64,000 bases of DNA from Phoronis australis (lineage: Eukaryota > Animalia > Phoronida). The notes under the pieces are model-generated. The model saw only the letters and a program-made list of their open reading frames with translations, was not told the origin of the DNA and ran no database searches. Shown here piece after piece: positions 1 to 13,226 of the stretch (position 1 is the first letter of the stretch; every line of letters starts with the position of its first letter). Where the stretch lies: the NCBI GenBank assembly GCA_002633005.1, contig NMRA01000136.1, forward strand, positions 299,657 through 363,656. The letters run 5' to 3'. A program made the position numbers and the translations under genes.

Positions 1-126
1 CCCCCCCCCCCCCCCGATTTCTTGAAATTTCACGTTTAAGCGCCCATGTCTGGTTAACCGCCCACCCCCGATTTTTTGGGTTCGCCAATTTAACCGCCCA
101 GGGCGTTAACCCGAACGATTACGGTA
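1..126. mobile_element. End of a probable Tc1/mariner/pogo-type MITE
   Basis: Repeated TTAACCGCCC-like motifs ending in GGGCGTTAACCCGAACGATTACGG followed by TA. The other end lies outside the window. Confidence 0.35.
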
Positions 127-1647
127 TAACTATTTTGTATTGCCTTTGAAATACCAGCTAGGACTTATTCTTGTTACCACAAAATGATACGTTGTCATTA
201 AACTTCATTTCACTGAGATACATGTATTATTCTCACAAGTATTGTGCCATAGTCTGATATCTAATGACATGGATGAATTTAGCAAACTTGTCAACTAGTC
301 ATTAGTTGTAAAAAACATTTAGTCATGATTAAGTCTATCCCTAACATCTGTTGCAATTGCATGGATTTCTGATATGATTTATAACCACGACTGTTTCGAC
401 TACATAAGTCACTAACACCTTGTGAATTTATGTACTTAAACATATGTAAGCATGTGAGAATTATTTTTTTTTGTTATTTGCGAGCTCTGATCGCCTTAAC
501 ATTGACATTTCTTCTCGTTATGCGTGTTTTCCTGAACCTAACGAAACATATGTAGCATTCTCTTGTGTGGTCCATAGTCGTGTCATTGGACACGATATGA
601 TTATTATTATGATCTTGATAATGATAATGGTGATTTATCCCATTCCTGTGTTCTTAATGAGATATGTCAAACAAGGAATCGGGCACGGATCTAGATGGGG
701 GGTCTGGGGGGTCTGCCCCCTGCTCGATCACTTTTTGTAAACACTGCTATGATTGAGGAATCTCAAGCTCCCCCCATGTTTGACCCCCTCCCCTGGGCAA
801 AGTCCTGGATGCGCGACTTAAAGTGTTACAGGAAATGTTGCTCTCTTTAAAGACATGAGACCCATTCACATGCACCCGATTACCACGTAAATACCCACGT
901 AAATACTCGGGAACTCGCTATTCTCCGTTAGCGGTATTCTTACTTGCATGAAAATGCTCAGAACAGTTCTTTTCTGCTGTGTGACAAATTTAGTGGGACG
1001 GTATGTTACCGCTAACGACTGCGTTATTTGATATGCTGTGGTGAACATCAAAGGAAGCAATTATGCTAAGGGAAGTCCTTACTTCACGCAATGGCATTGC
1101 AGGTCACATTTTCCATAGAGTTGAGAAAAAATGTGTATTGAAAAATTACACAATTCTTGTTATTTTTGTGAAGCAAGTCCCAAGTCTCTGGAGGGCTGTC
1201 CGGGACCAGGAGGAACAGTGTGATGTACGCCCAATGGGCAAAAGACTAGTGGCAATTAATTGTAGGTTTTCAGTGTTTTTAGAGGTTTTAATCACTGCCG
1301 GTGAACTGTCACATGTCTCCCGGGAGAGAATCCACGACAGGTTTACTGACGGCATTTTTTACAAATTCTGTACCAATTTAACTCAGTTGGCGTTAGATTT
1401 GATCCCACAAGAGCAGTAGTAACCAAAGTCAACAGTAGTAGTGACCTAGAAAAGCGGGTTTCATTAAGGGGAACTGAACACATGAGAACACTCCCGTTAA
1501 CAGAATTAAAAGCAGATTTAGGTAAACAATTAATTGGCTGGTTTCGCAGTTAAGCATGTGAATGGGGCTATTGTGGTGTCCATATGTATATGTGGTGTGT
1601 GTATAGTTCTTGTGGACCAAATATATCGTGTTTAATTGTTTCTTCAG

Positions 1648-4600
1648 TTGTGGAAGATGAAAAAACTCACACTGCTCTCGAAGGAGAGATTGAGCGTTTT
1701 GACAAAGACATTCTGCGTCCTCGTGAAATTAAGCAAACCGATTGTAAGTGTTCCGTGAACATGGTGATCAACCACACAGTGTAAAATAATTGTTGTAGTT
1801 TGCCCATCTTGTCCTGTTGATGGAGTAACAAACTGCCAGTTGTTTACAAGACCATTAATGGAACCCAATTGAGGGCAATTTTATTGCCGATCTAAATCGC
1901 CCACTCATCTTTTGTTTCAACGAATTGATTTTTAAAACGGTAAGACAATTTCAAATGTGGAAATTTGATTATTTGCAATTCATAGCGTAGTTGCGGTTGT
2001 CAGAGGGGATATCATATTCTGTTGGCGTTTTTTTTTTAAGTGGATCCCTGCTGTCAAAAATGCAGAGGTTAACACCATATGCTTTTCTTTTCAAATGTTC
2101 CAAGGTTTGTGGGTCCAGCTTTGCAGTTGCTTAGCAGTGATGAGAAATGTTGAAATTTATACAGCGCTAAGGTCAAGCCAAACTCTCGAACATCGAACTG
2201 TGAATCTTCCTTGGGTGAAACTGTCAATGAACTCCATTTGGTCCATGGTGATACATATATTGAGGATCGCAAGCGTGCCATATTGATACCCAAAATGAGG
2301 CTTCTAGGTCAAAACATGAACCAGAGATGGCGCTGCACATATCTGTTTGGTTGCCAAAATCGTTGCAGGAATTGTCTCTGTTGCTGCTCCATTATGTCTT
2401 CTGAAATTATTAAAATAAAGTTTTCTGTTTTGTGACGAAAGAAAGAATTTTTGGGATTATTGTTGTTAGCTTTGACCAAAGCTGATTTTTTTTATAAATT
2501 GTCAATTCTCGCAGTTTTCTGTTAGACATTTGCTGAAAACAAGTCTGGAAATTTACTGCTTGGTAAATCTACCATTCATCGAGTGAGATTAATATCTCTG
2601 CCAGAAAAGCATTAGACTGCGACCTCCGGGATTGTAGATCCAATTCTGTGCTGAGGCTGATCTTGGAAAAATCACAGTTCTCGCCGATAATGATCCTTTA
2701 GCGGAGTCACTGTATACATTCATAATTTATTCACAAGTTCGATTTCCCCTCTAATTAATTCAAACTGCTCTTCAGTTGTGGAGGAAGAGAAAGTGCACAA
2801 ATCGCTCGAAGGAGAGATTGAACGGTTTAACAAAGATGTCCTCCATCCTACCAAAACTGTCCAACATGATAGTAAGTCTGACACACTGTATAGACACAGT
2901 TGATCTGACTGAATAAGTACTCTGAAAGAGTATTTCACATAATGTTGGAATAATTATATTGATTAGTGTGGGTTAGACTAGTGCTTTCTGCTGCTTAAAT
3001 AACTCGGATGGCATGTATCCCTTGACTTGAGAAACGTGATCAAGCAGTCTTTCACTGTATAAGTAAGAAAAATCTAGTAGTGACGGTTTATACTTGTAGA
3101 TCAAAGTGTTAGAGGTTGAATAATTTGTACTGTTTGGTATTAGCATTTTGGCAACCATAAATAGTGATAGGAGCTCTTGAATATGCAGTATTGTTTAAAG
3201 ACGATATTGAAATTCTTATAGAAATACACCTGTTAAGTGTACTTTATTGAGAAGCTATTGCTGAAGTATTGAAATTATCTTGTGGTGCTTCATAGTCGTG
3301 GAGGAAGAGAGATTGCACAAATCGCTCGAAGGGGAAGTTGAACATTTCGTGAAGGACGTCTTGCGTCCAACACAGACCAAACAGGCTGACAGTAAGTCAG
3401 TTTTGTACTCTTGTAGGAGTGTGAATAATTTGCACTGTGCTGGCCATCATTTAAATGGCAAATGAATGTTGGAGACCTATTTCTCATTCAAGAACAGTGA
3501 GGATCAAAAACAGTAAAGAACATATTTAAAGTATTTTGTCAGTTTAGTGGTCAACGACGGTGAACCCTCATCTCATGTACATTGGCTATAAATTGTTCCA
3601 GGTTCAAGTTAGTCTAGTTTAAATGCCAGTAACTTAAATTTGCACCTATGTATTTCTACAATATTCTGTATCCAAATCTATTTTGTTGCTGCTCTGCACA
3701 GTTGGCTTAGTTTTCCAAACCTGTCCAGGCTCTTACTCAGCTCTGATACTCTCTGTTCAAAGTTATTATAGCAGCGTATTGGTGTTATTTTAGTGGTATC
3801 CGACATGAAAGCCCATGCAGTTTTGGAGGGGGAAATAGAACGCTTTGATAAAGGTGTTCTACGTCCAACTAAAACCTTGCAGCTTGATAGTAAGTTATTG
3901 TGTTACATGTTTTTGGTATCCACTACATTCTGCTAAGTATCTTTCTCGAACTCAAGTTTATAGCATGGATATCTTCTGTGGTTCTCTATACAATTAAAAC
4001 AAAAATTCCACTTACTTCATGGTCCTCTCGTACATTGACTTCGTACGTTTTGTCTTTTGTTTGCCAACTTTTCACTGTCTGTTTCAAACAGTTCAAAGTG
4101 TGACTCTCTTATAAACAAAATTTACTTTATTCCTGTCCCTGGGAAACCATGTAAAACTTTCTTTCTCACTGTGAAATTTAGTTCCTTTTTTTCACTGTTG
4201 TTTGCCAGCATTCCTGCTGTGATTCTACACTTCTCTTCTTTTCCTAGTCATACCTATAAACCTGCAGTTTACCTTGACGGGATTAGCCAATGAAATAAGG
4301 TAAAATCTTGCCAGTTTAGGGCACAATAGGGATTTTTTACATAAAAGATAAGTAGCATCGCACAAATACTTCAACATTTATCATTACTGAGAAATTAAGA
4401 ACATTGACAATAATTTAAGAAGCCTTTGAAGACATTAAAAAAAAAAAACGACAATTTCACAATTAAGTTTTGTCCGAAGTTGGTGAGGTTTTACCGTAGA
4501 TGGTTGATCAATGAATGTGCTGACGACAATGCACCATTGATGATATTAAATCAATGTCACAGGTAGCTCCAGTGTTGATTAAAGGTATTTGGAGTCCTGT

Positions 4601-7600
4601 TTCATGTATGTCTTTGTGTCAATCAAAATGTCTCGCATCCAGTTGCAATACTTTGTAAAACAAAACTGCGCCATGATCTGTTTCAGAAAAAGTTACTGAT
4701 AACTGAAAATAGACATGGTTCAGTAATTGTAAGCAAGTTATAGTTTATACATGATTTACAGAAATTATCCGGATAACTATCAGTTATGGTATATTCTGAG
4801 AGACTTGGTGGTTATAGTGAGATCCTTTTTTATCTGGATAACTAGCAGTTATTTGAAATGAGATTAGTAGTAACTTTTCATGAAACAGACTAAATTTCCG
4901 ACTAAAGTCTTGACGACAGTAATGTGGACTATAAGCTGGCATGTCAGGAAAAGTTGCTAGCTGGCTTTTCTCACCTCTATGGTTGGTTTTAGCTGTGCAA
5001 GAGGAATTCGCGCACAAACAGCTTGACGAAGAGATCGAACGTTTCGACAAAGACGTCCTGCACCATACTAAAACTCTTCAAACAGATCGTAAGTCTGAAG
5101 ACTTGCCAACGACCTTGACCCTGCTTGCTGTGTTGCTGAGAAACTGGGTTATAGCTTGCGTCTGGCTTGCAATAGTCTTTGTGAATTCCTAAAAGCTTAT
5201 TGGCTCCTCCCAACGTCAACTTACATATCAAGCCTGATGGATGCAAACTCAAAAGCGCTGTACTTTATAGGAATTGGGTCAAGATTCATGTACGAAGTAG
5301 TCAACATGTGACGGAATTTGTGTATTCTACTCACTAGCCAGTCATGAAACTGAAAATACGGATGGAAACAATTTTTAAAATTGGAACATTGGAATTCATG
5401 CCAAAATAGATTTATTCGTAAAATTGGGATATGGGTGATTTTGGCATTCATCTTGATAATTGTCAGATATAATGAATGTGGGATAATGATGTGCGTCAAT
5501 CTTACACCAGCAGTGTTTGCAGAACGTACTGTGTTGTTCTCTTTACCACCCCACTAGACAATGTTTCACTTTGCAAGCTATGTTGTCACTATTTACCATT
5601 TGTCAGAAATGTGGAATTTTGTTTTCTCAAATTTATCAGCTAAATGAATTTCTGTTTGTTAACTTGTTTTTGATAGCTGTAGTTGTCAAGAATTGTATGA
5701 TGACACTTGGCTTACCTCAAAATCCATTTGCTGCCTTGTGGCATGGTAATTGGGCCAATTATGTTACACCCACAGCAGAATTAATGAGGATTATACAAAA
5801 TTTTTAGGTTGTAAGTCACATTTTTTGTCTGATTTTCAAAATTCAAAAACCTTATCACATGTACTTTTCACGAATTATTCAAATATGGTACTTAAACATT
5901 TTGAAACGGAAATGTAAAGATATTATTGTCATCCCCAGTGTGTTTATAGTTGATGGTCTGATTGCCTAGAGACGGTTGACATGAGCGGCCTGAGGCGATG
6001 CAATTAACTACAACAGCATGGTGTTTTTACAGGCAAATTTCGATATACACAAACCGAGTTGCCCAGTCTCAACCGGTGAGGGTGTTAATGTAGGATTCTT
6101 TTCATGACAGTACAAACTAGGCTGACTTGAAATGAAATTAGTACGTTATTGTTAATATTTGTTGTGAACTGTGACAAAGTAAATTGTAAATTTATTATTT
6201 TTTAATCTTTATTATTTGCAGCCATGCCACCAGCATTTAAAAGTGAAATATTACAAAAAATATGATGAATCATGGTAGCTACGGTCAACTTGTCTTGATT
6301 GAAATACTGTAGCACATTTGATAACTGTGGCTATTCAATTTTGCAAATCTGTACATCAAGTCAGACAGTTAACAAATGATTAGATTATCAGATATTGCCA
6401 ATTTGACACCTTCCCTCTTGTATCCCACTGCCCAGCATTTTGCACGCGTGACCTTCATAGCTTTTAGTAAGAGTGACTACTAGTAGCTCCATCTGGCTTC
6501 AGTTGTAGAACCAGCCTATTTGAATTAAGACTGACTGTCGTATAGGCCATTCCACTCGCCACTCAAAGTAGGCTGCCATTTTTAAGCTACCAATCAGTGA
6601 CTGCCGGACTTGTCTCCATTGAGGTGCTGAGAACAGTTGCCACTAAGCCCAAAACTCACTTCTGATCCAAGCAAAGGCAAATCAAAACCAATTAAGTTGT
6701 GGTTCAAAAGTTAGTTTTTGACCTTGCAAAGCGTTCGGGTGCCGGGGTGCATTGGGACTTCAATGCAATATTAATTTAATTAATGATGAATTGCACTCTT
6801 TGCAGGGTTGCCCTGGTTGAGGTTAGCAGCACCTGCAGTATTTTACCACCACGTGATCCTTTTGCTTTGCAGAATAAGTAATTCTAACAACGTTGTGTCT
6901 TTCAGGTTGTCTTTTGTGAAATTTGTTGACCATATCCAAAAAATTTATGGCGACCTTTGTTTAAAATGTCTGCTAAACTAATTGGGTCATTAGGTATTGT
7001 TTTCAGGTCTTCTTTGATTTGTTTTTCATTGTATGAGAAAAGTTTTTCAGTAACCCTTGTCGTTTTTGCATGCTGTTGTGGTGAACGTGATTTCTCACTC
7101 TTCTGTTTTGCAGCAGACATATTATTATCGCCATCGCTGGCTGCTTGTAAAATATTTTGTCGTAAATTGTGAACAATTTAATAATTTTTGTTGTCTTATC
7201 ACAGCACTGGTTTGTAAACTTAAGGTTTCCGATAACATTGCGCATTTTAATGACATTCCCTAGCACTTGTGTTGTATGGTACTTAGTCAAGTGAAATTTA
7301 TGTTTGTTAAATATATGCATGTCCGAAGTTCACATGAAAATTTGATAATAGGAGATAAAAATCTAACATTCAGATATTGAGGAGTTTTTTTCTAATTTAT
7401 TAACACATTTCCTAAAAGCTGTAGGTTGTAAAACACGTCATGCTGCTCAACTGATTTATCATTAACAAGAGTAATCTGTTCCTATTTCAGCTGTTGAAGA
7501 GGAAAAGAAAAAATTAGCTCTCGAAAAAGGCATTACCGGTTTCAGCAAAGAAAAATTAAAGCATGCCGAAACGCAGGAGAAAAACCCACTACCTGATAAA

Positions 7601-8521
7601 GCAGGTTTGTTTGGATGTATTTTTAAGTTGCCACTAGAAAAACTTCCCACTTGGTTTCAACTACACAGTAGTTTCTAAATCCAGATTAGTTCAGATATCA
7701 AGACTCCAGTCCATCATTCAGTGTTCTTGTGCTCTTTAGTCTCTTGACAACTCGTAGGCCAATTATCTACCACGATTCAAAGAGTTACTAAAATCACTCG
7801 TGAATGGGTATCAAAAAATCAAAACCTAACGCATCAATTTGGCTTAAATCTTTATGATATTTCTTTGGGTAAACGTCATCCTAACTTAAGTTTTCAAAAG
7901 GATTTCTATTTCGGAAGCCAAACAGTTAATGTAACATTTTATTTTAGTCAGTGTTTTATTGCTATGAAGCCATTGCTAGCATGGTAATTGTGCTACTCTT
8001 CACAGAAGGACCTTAGATCAGATTCCCCGATAAGTGGGCCTCTTGATGACAATTCAGTTCTTCAAAACTGTTGATGGAGTACAGGGTGCTATCTTAAGGA
8101 TACCTGTACCTCTATGTCAATAAATTTCGTTCTTTTTTAAATGGCAAAATATGTGAGGAATTCAGATATATTTCATTTTACCTTTACAACTGTATTTTTT
8201 ATTTAAAATCTCCGCTTTTTCGGAAGCCATTCCTGGCTCATGAAACTTCTTCACCTGAGATTTGTCAATATTTTGAGCCAAATTTGTCTCACAATGCAAA
8301 GCCCTATTGTTCATTAGTAGACTAGGCCCATCCCTCAACACGCTGTTCTGTTGGTGGTCAGCTGTAGTGTCACCCACCGAGCTCTGCTGCTGTATGACTC
8401 AAAATTTATTAGCTTATTTATTTATTTATTTATTTGGCCTAATTGTTTATTTGACTAGTATTTACTTATTTACATGTACTTATTTTCAGCTATTGAAGAA
8501 GAAAAGAAACTGGCAAAGTAA
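1648..8521 (+). CDS. Multi-repeat beta-thymosin / WH2 actin-binding protein, 5'-partial spliced gene
   Basis: AG/GT-bounded phase-1 exons 1648-1743, 2776-2871, 3296-3391, 3794-3889, 4993-5088 (96 bp each), 7491-7604 (114 bp) and 8490-8521 (TAA) splice into one open frame. The last repeat LEKGITGFSKEKLKHAETQEKNPLPDKAAIEEEK is a canonical beta-thymosin. No start exon was found in the window. Confidence 0.9.
7491..7604 (+). CDS. Canonical beta-thymosin repeat exon
   Basis: tttcag|CT GTT GAA ... GAT AAA GCA G|gtttgt; encodes VEEEKKKLALEKGITGFSKEKLKHAETQEKNPLPDKA with the LKHxET-EKNPLP signature. Confidence 0.92.
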
Positions 8522-9709
8522 TTGGTCAACCATGGAGTATGATTCTCTCCAGGTTCCAGCCTGTTGGAAGTCTTAATTGTTATACTATTATTATACTTAT
8601 GTTAACATCTTTTGCTTAATCACTTATTTTAGTTGTCAGTTATTTGCCTGCAGTAAGGTTAAGAATTGGCCGGACCAAACTAATGTTTTTTTCTTAGTGG
8701 TATTCCGTCATCACGACACCATTAACAAGAATGTGTAAGTCTTAGTTTTCGATTGAAGGTAGACAATTGGTTTTAGTGGATGTTTTGATATCTCTATTAG
8801 TCAATAGGTGGCGCCATTTGTGCAGGTACTTGTCTGTCACAGCATGGTCGTTGTGTGGACTTTCAACCATCGTTAAGATTCCTGTAATGACTTGAAACTG
8901 AGTTAGAAATGTACCTTACTTGGTTTTTAAAAGCTAGAATTGCGATTGAATATCTTGATTCGTTGTTAGAAACAGTGTTAGCTGTTGCTTTTGCCAATAG
9001 GTTTCCATGTTTATTGTCTTGAGTAGCATCTCGTCTTTGCTGTACACAGACATCCATCTGTACACATTTTTACCTTTGCTTCCTTTTTGTTGTACGTCTG
9101 TTGTACACTATTTTGCATGTGAAGAAATTGTTTCATAATCTCACAATGTATTTTGGCACCTAAGGCCTGAATTGAGAAATATTGACAGGTTTGATAAAAA
9201 CTTGAATTTAAGGCCTTGTTACGTTTTAAGGACATAGTTATTGTGAATGACTTTAAAACCAGAAACTGGGTTCCATACCCATATTGATACTTGGTCATTT
9301 TCAAAAAAAATCTGAGAAATCATTTTTGATTGTTTTCTTCATTGTTTGGATTCTTTCTTGCCACTTTTACTGACCAGTGCTTCAGTCAGTCTTACCCGGT
9401 GATGACAGACTTTTTGATGAGTATTTGGCTATTTAGATTAGGATTTTAAATGAATTTGGATTTGAACAATATTTTTCAAATGTTTATGAAAATCACTTGA
9501 ATACCTCATGTGACTTACATTTTTGGTGAAAAATGCATTTTCGTGCTTGTCATGCCAAAAGTTTTGTATTGTTGTTGATGGTTAGGAAATCCTATAGGAA
9601 CGATCGTGGTTGTGGTCAGGTATGGGTATCTGACTAAATATATATTTGATAATATGACTTTATATTCAGTATTGCATTATGACAAGTTTGTATTGTTATT
9701 GCGCTTAAC

Positions 9710-9715
9710 AATAAA
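9710..9715 (+). terminator. Candidate polyadenylation signal of the thymosin gene
   Basis: AATAAA about 1.2 kb after the stop codon, at the end of a U-rich 3'UTR-like stretch. Confidence 0.4.
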
Positions 9716-12530
9716 GTACTTGAAAAGTAAATTGAAATTAAATTTAAAGCTTAATTAATTTGTTATGGAAAGCATTCCATGATGGCTTCCAGAATTTTTT
9801 TCTGTCTATGCACTATAGGTCTGAATGCTAAGTTATTAGCTAAAATGTTGAGTATATTTATCCCTCCACTATTGCTAAAATAACATCTTATTTTCACTAG
9901 ATTTTCCCTTAAGTTTACTTAGAACCATGAAAGACTATGAATGACCATGAGTCTTTTTGTTTGCTTTAAAGCAACTTGAACCACAATGGATGGACTCGTT
10001 CACTTCCTCCCTTTCCCCAAGCCAACCGGTTAAGACATCCGATTGGTTCGTGATGGCAACCTCCAGATTACCAAGGCCGTCGAAAGCAGGGTCCAGAGGG
10101 CATGTGCCCATTCCCTTCCTCCCCCTATCCACAGGTTGGTCAGGGTGAAACCGCATAGACTGAGCACGCATACTTCAGAAAGTTGTAATGCACAGATGCT
10201 TCAGAGTAAATTCACATTTTTAATTTCAAATGGACTCATCTTTGGCAAAGCCTTTTGCTCTTTTGCACTACACCTGATATAAATTGGGAGTCTAAAAGAG
10301 TGGTGCTGATAGAAGCACTTAATTGCCGTTCTTCAAAATTTTATAGCCTTAGGGGCCCCAGCCTTTGTAGGAAACCCGCTGATGGCATTTTGATTTTATT
10401 CTAGCCTTTTCTCATAAGAGGCTGCAAGCGGAGAAGGGCCCCAGCGATGAAATGAGATCCATTTCCTTTTTGTGTGTTTGTGAAATCTTTTATGTTAATG
10501 AACGTGATCTTCTCTTGGAGAGTCTCCGATCATGGAATTAATCGTCGCTCTTCCATTTTCTTTTATTATAAACGTTTCATATCAAGGGGGCTTCCTTTCA
10601 TACGGAGTCTTTGCAGGGCTGCCCGTGCGATAGCACCTTTGCCCCAGTATATATTGTGCAAGAATCGATGATGAAAGAGTTGCGGCGTAGGAAACGCACA
10701 TATGTCGCTCATACTATGTGGTTTATGTGACCGTGCACCGTGTCTGTCAGAGTAAGGTGCTCAAAATACATGTAGGCCTACTGGTAAAGATTTCTGCGGT
10801 ATTTTTGAATTGCATAAACCGTAACGAGCTAGCAGTGGAACGAACCAGAACATTGGTACTACCCCGTCTGAAAAACTAAATCGTGATACCCCAAAATTGC
10901 CCTCAATTTCTTGAAAAATTCCCTTCAAGGTTCGAATCACTTGTAGCTCACAAAGGTTACAATTTATAAGAACACAAAAAGTTAGTTTTGGCTACTTGAG
11001 GCAGAGAGGGCTTGCAACGCGAGTGGGGGTCAGTGGTGATGGGGGAGGAGAATTTTCAGCTCACCCCAAAAAACCCGGCCTCTCAAAAGGCATAGGAACT
11101 TTAACACTCTGGTGTGGGCATAGTATTTCAACAGAGTTCCTTGACAGACCTACTTGATATTCAGTTGTTACAATATCATGATGGGAACAAGAAACCAAAG
11201 TCTTAAACAGAAAATTTCCATTCTGAGTACAATTAAGTGAACTAATAATTCAGAAGTATGACAGTCGCTTGTACAGGTAAGTCCTTGCAGCCAAAGACTT
11301 ATACAGAAAAATTCCGCTTTGATTCATGTTCTGACAAGCTCTTTACAAGGGTCTTGGTTCTTTCACAATTAGACTGACGTCATCGCCTCTTCGTAGACAA
11401 AAATTAACCGCTCGTGAAATGATTTTTTTTGTATGGCATCGGCTTATTGTACCTTTAACAATAACCCAAAATTACCCATGCAAATGTAGTTGAATAGCTT
11501 AATTTTGTTCCCAGTCGCAAAGGGCTGCGCAGACTAATAGCTACGAACTGAGCCCTCTGCCTTGACACGGCAATATTTCGAGAAGTGCTGCTTTTCCAGA
11601 GAGGTCATAGTGTTACTGAACTCTAACCTGGATTCATTCGTCCCATGTTCACACCTTCACGTGAGCCATTGGCTCATCTGTCTCTTGAGGGAGACCGGTC
11701 GGCTCGAAGCTATCCGTTTCCGCTGCACCAACTCACATGGGGAAAACCTTGAAACTCCCAAAATTTCCCAAAGATCATTAAAAAATTCCATGACGGAGAA
11801 ATGGTATAAATTCGTGAATCTTATGATGCTTTTTATTTTACGCGACTACGGCTGTAAGGAGGTTTGCACAAGCCGCTAGTCCATAACTAAACGTGAGTCA
11901 TGACTTTTTTATCACAATTCAATTTTGACAAATTTTAGGGGAGCGCAATCCTTTTCTGTTTGAAAAAAGAAAGCACAATTGATCATTATGGGATTGGGAC
12001 TTCGTGTCTGATGAGATTTTGTCGGTTTCGCACAGGTAACAACATTAACTTGAGTACAGGTGTTTTATTTTGAATCAAAGTGCATTATTGAGCAAAACTA
12101 ACTCGTGCAGAAATACAGGCACAGGCACAGGAATTATACAATAACTATGCAACATGATAAAAATCATATTGCAGTGAGTGCTGGTGCAAGTCGGGTGGAT
12201 ACACAAGCTTGTGGGTAAAATCTGCCGACAAAAGTTTTATTGAATTTGAATAATCAAAATTATTTTCCAAAGTTATGTACAGGCTAGGAAATCGCAACGA
12301 TTTAAATTATATTATGAGGCCTACGTTATCTTGACAGGTAAGTCTAAAGCAGGGTAAAACTGAGTGGAAACGAGTGGTTGAAACAGCAACTGACGGGTTA
12401 TCACCACAAGAGAGTCCGGTGACTGATATACCATGAACTCATAATGCAATCGTCCTGGGATCTGAAATTCGCCAAGGCAGTACTGGGCGACAACGCAACA
12501 CAATATTTCAGTTGGTAGGCCTAAGCAAGC

Positions 12531-13202
12531 ATGGCGATAGCGGCGGAAAACGCGAACGAAATTCGAAGAATGATCGAATGTGCCATATGTTTAGAGAGAC
12601 AGTCAAAGCCACGTCAGTTGCCATGTTCTCATACGTTCTGTGAAAGTTGTGTCCAAGACATTGCCGACAATCAATTGGAGGGGAACGGCAAATTTCGGTG
12701 TCCCGAATGCAATCGTGTCATCGATATTCCAGAAAACGGCGCAACTGGATTCCCTTTAAATTACCTGATGAACAATTTGAAGGATTGCGTGCCCGAAACG
12801 GGCAATATCTTTTGTCACGTCTGCGGTCTCAAGGGCGCCGAGGTAGAGGCAGAATCGATATGCGTTCAGTGCGTCGACTATTTATGTAAAGGGTGTTCGG
12901 CTATTCATTGTGAGACAAGAATAACTTTCAATCATAAGCTGTTGACGTTGAGGGAAGCCTCGTCAGGGCAGCACCTCGAGACGATCCGCCGGCGACAACA
13001 TGCTTGTTGTCAAAGGCATCCTGAAAAGACATTAGAAGTACATTGCAAACTGTGTAAAATACCTGTATGTTTAATGTGTCCTTTAATTGATAATTCGCAC
13101 ACAGGATGTAAAAAAGCAGACGAGAATAAAATAGGAGTCATTCGGCGCCTGATCACCGCCTGGGAAGAAGCGCTTAGTTACGCGGAGCTTATGTCAGCAT
13201 GA
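12531..13202 (+). pseudogene. Truncated TRIM paralog (RING, B-box1, B-box2; no complete coiled coil, no NHL), 223 aa
   Basis: C3HC4 RING (CAIC..CSHTFCESC..CPEC) and two B-boxes, collinear with the N-terminus of 22938-25007. Short deletion after B-box2, then TGA early in the coiled coil. Could instead be an expressed short TRIM. Confidence 0.7.
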
Positions 13203-13226
13203 CTGAGGAGAAACTCAGTTACTACA

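Noticed and set aside
1063-1419. 118-aa ORF upstream of the first thymosin exon
   Set aside because: No thymosin similarity or known domain; lies in repeat-like intronic sequence.
12005-12040. Hammerhead ribozyme core (CTGATGAG)
   Set aside because: No stem II followed by GAAA and no closing stems.
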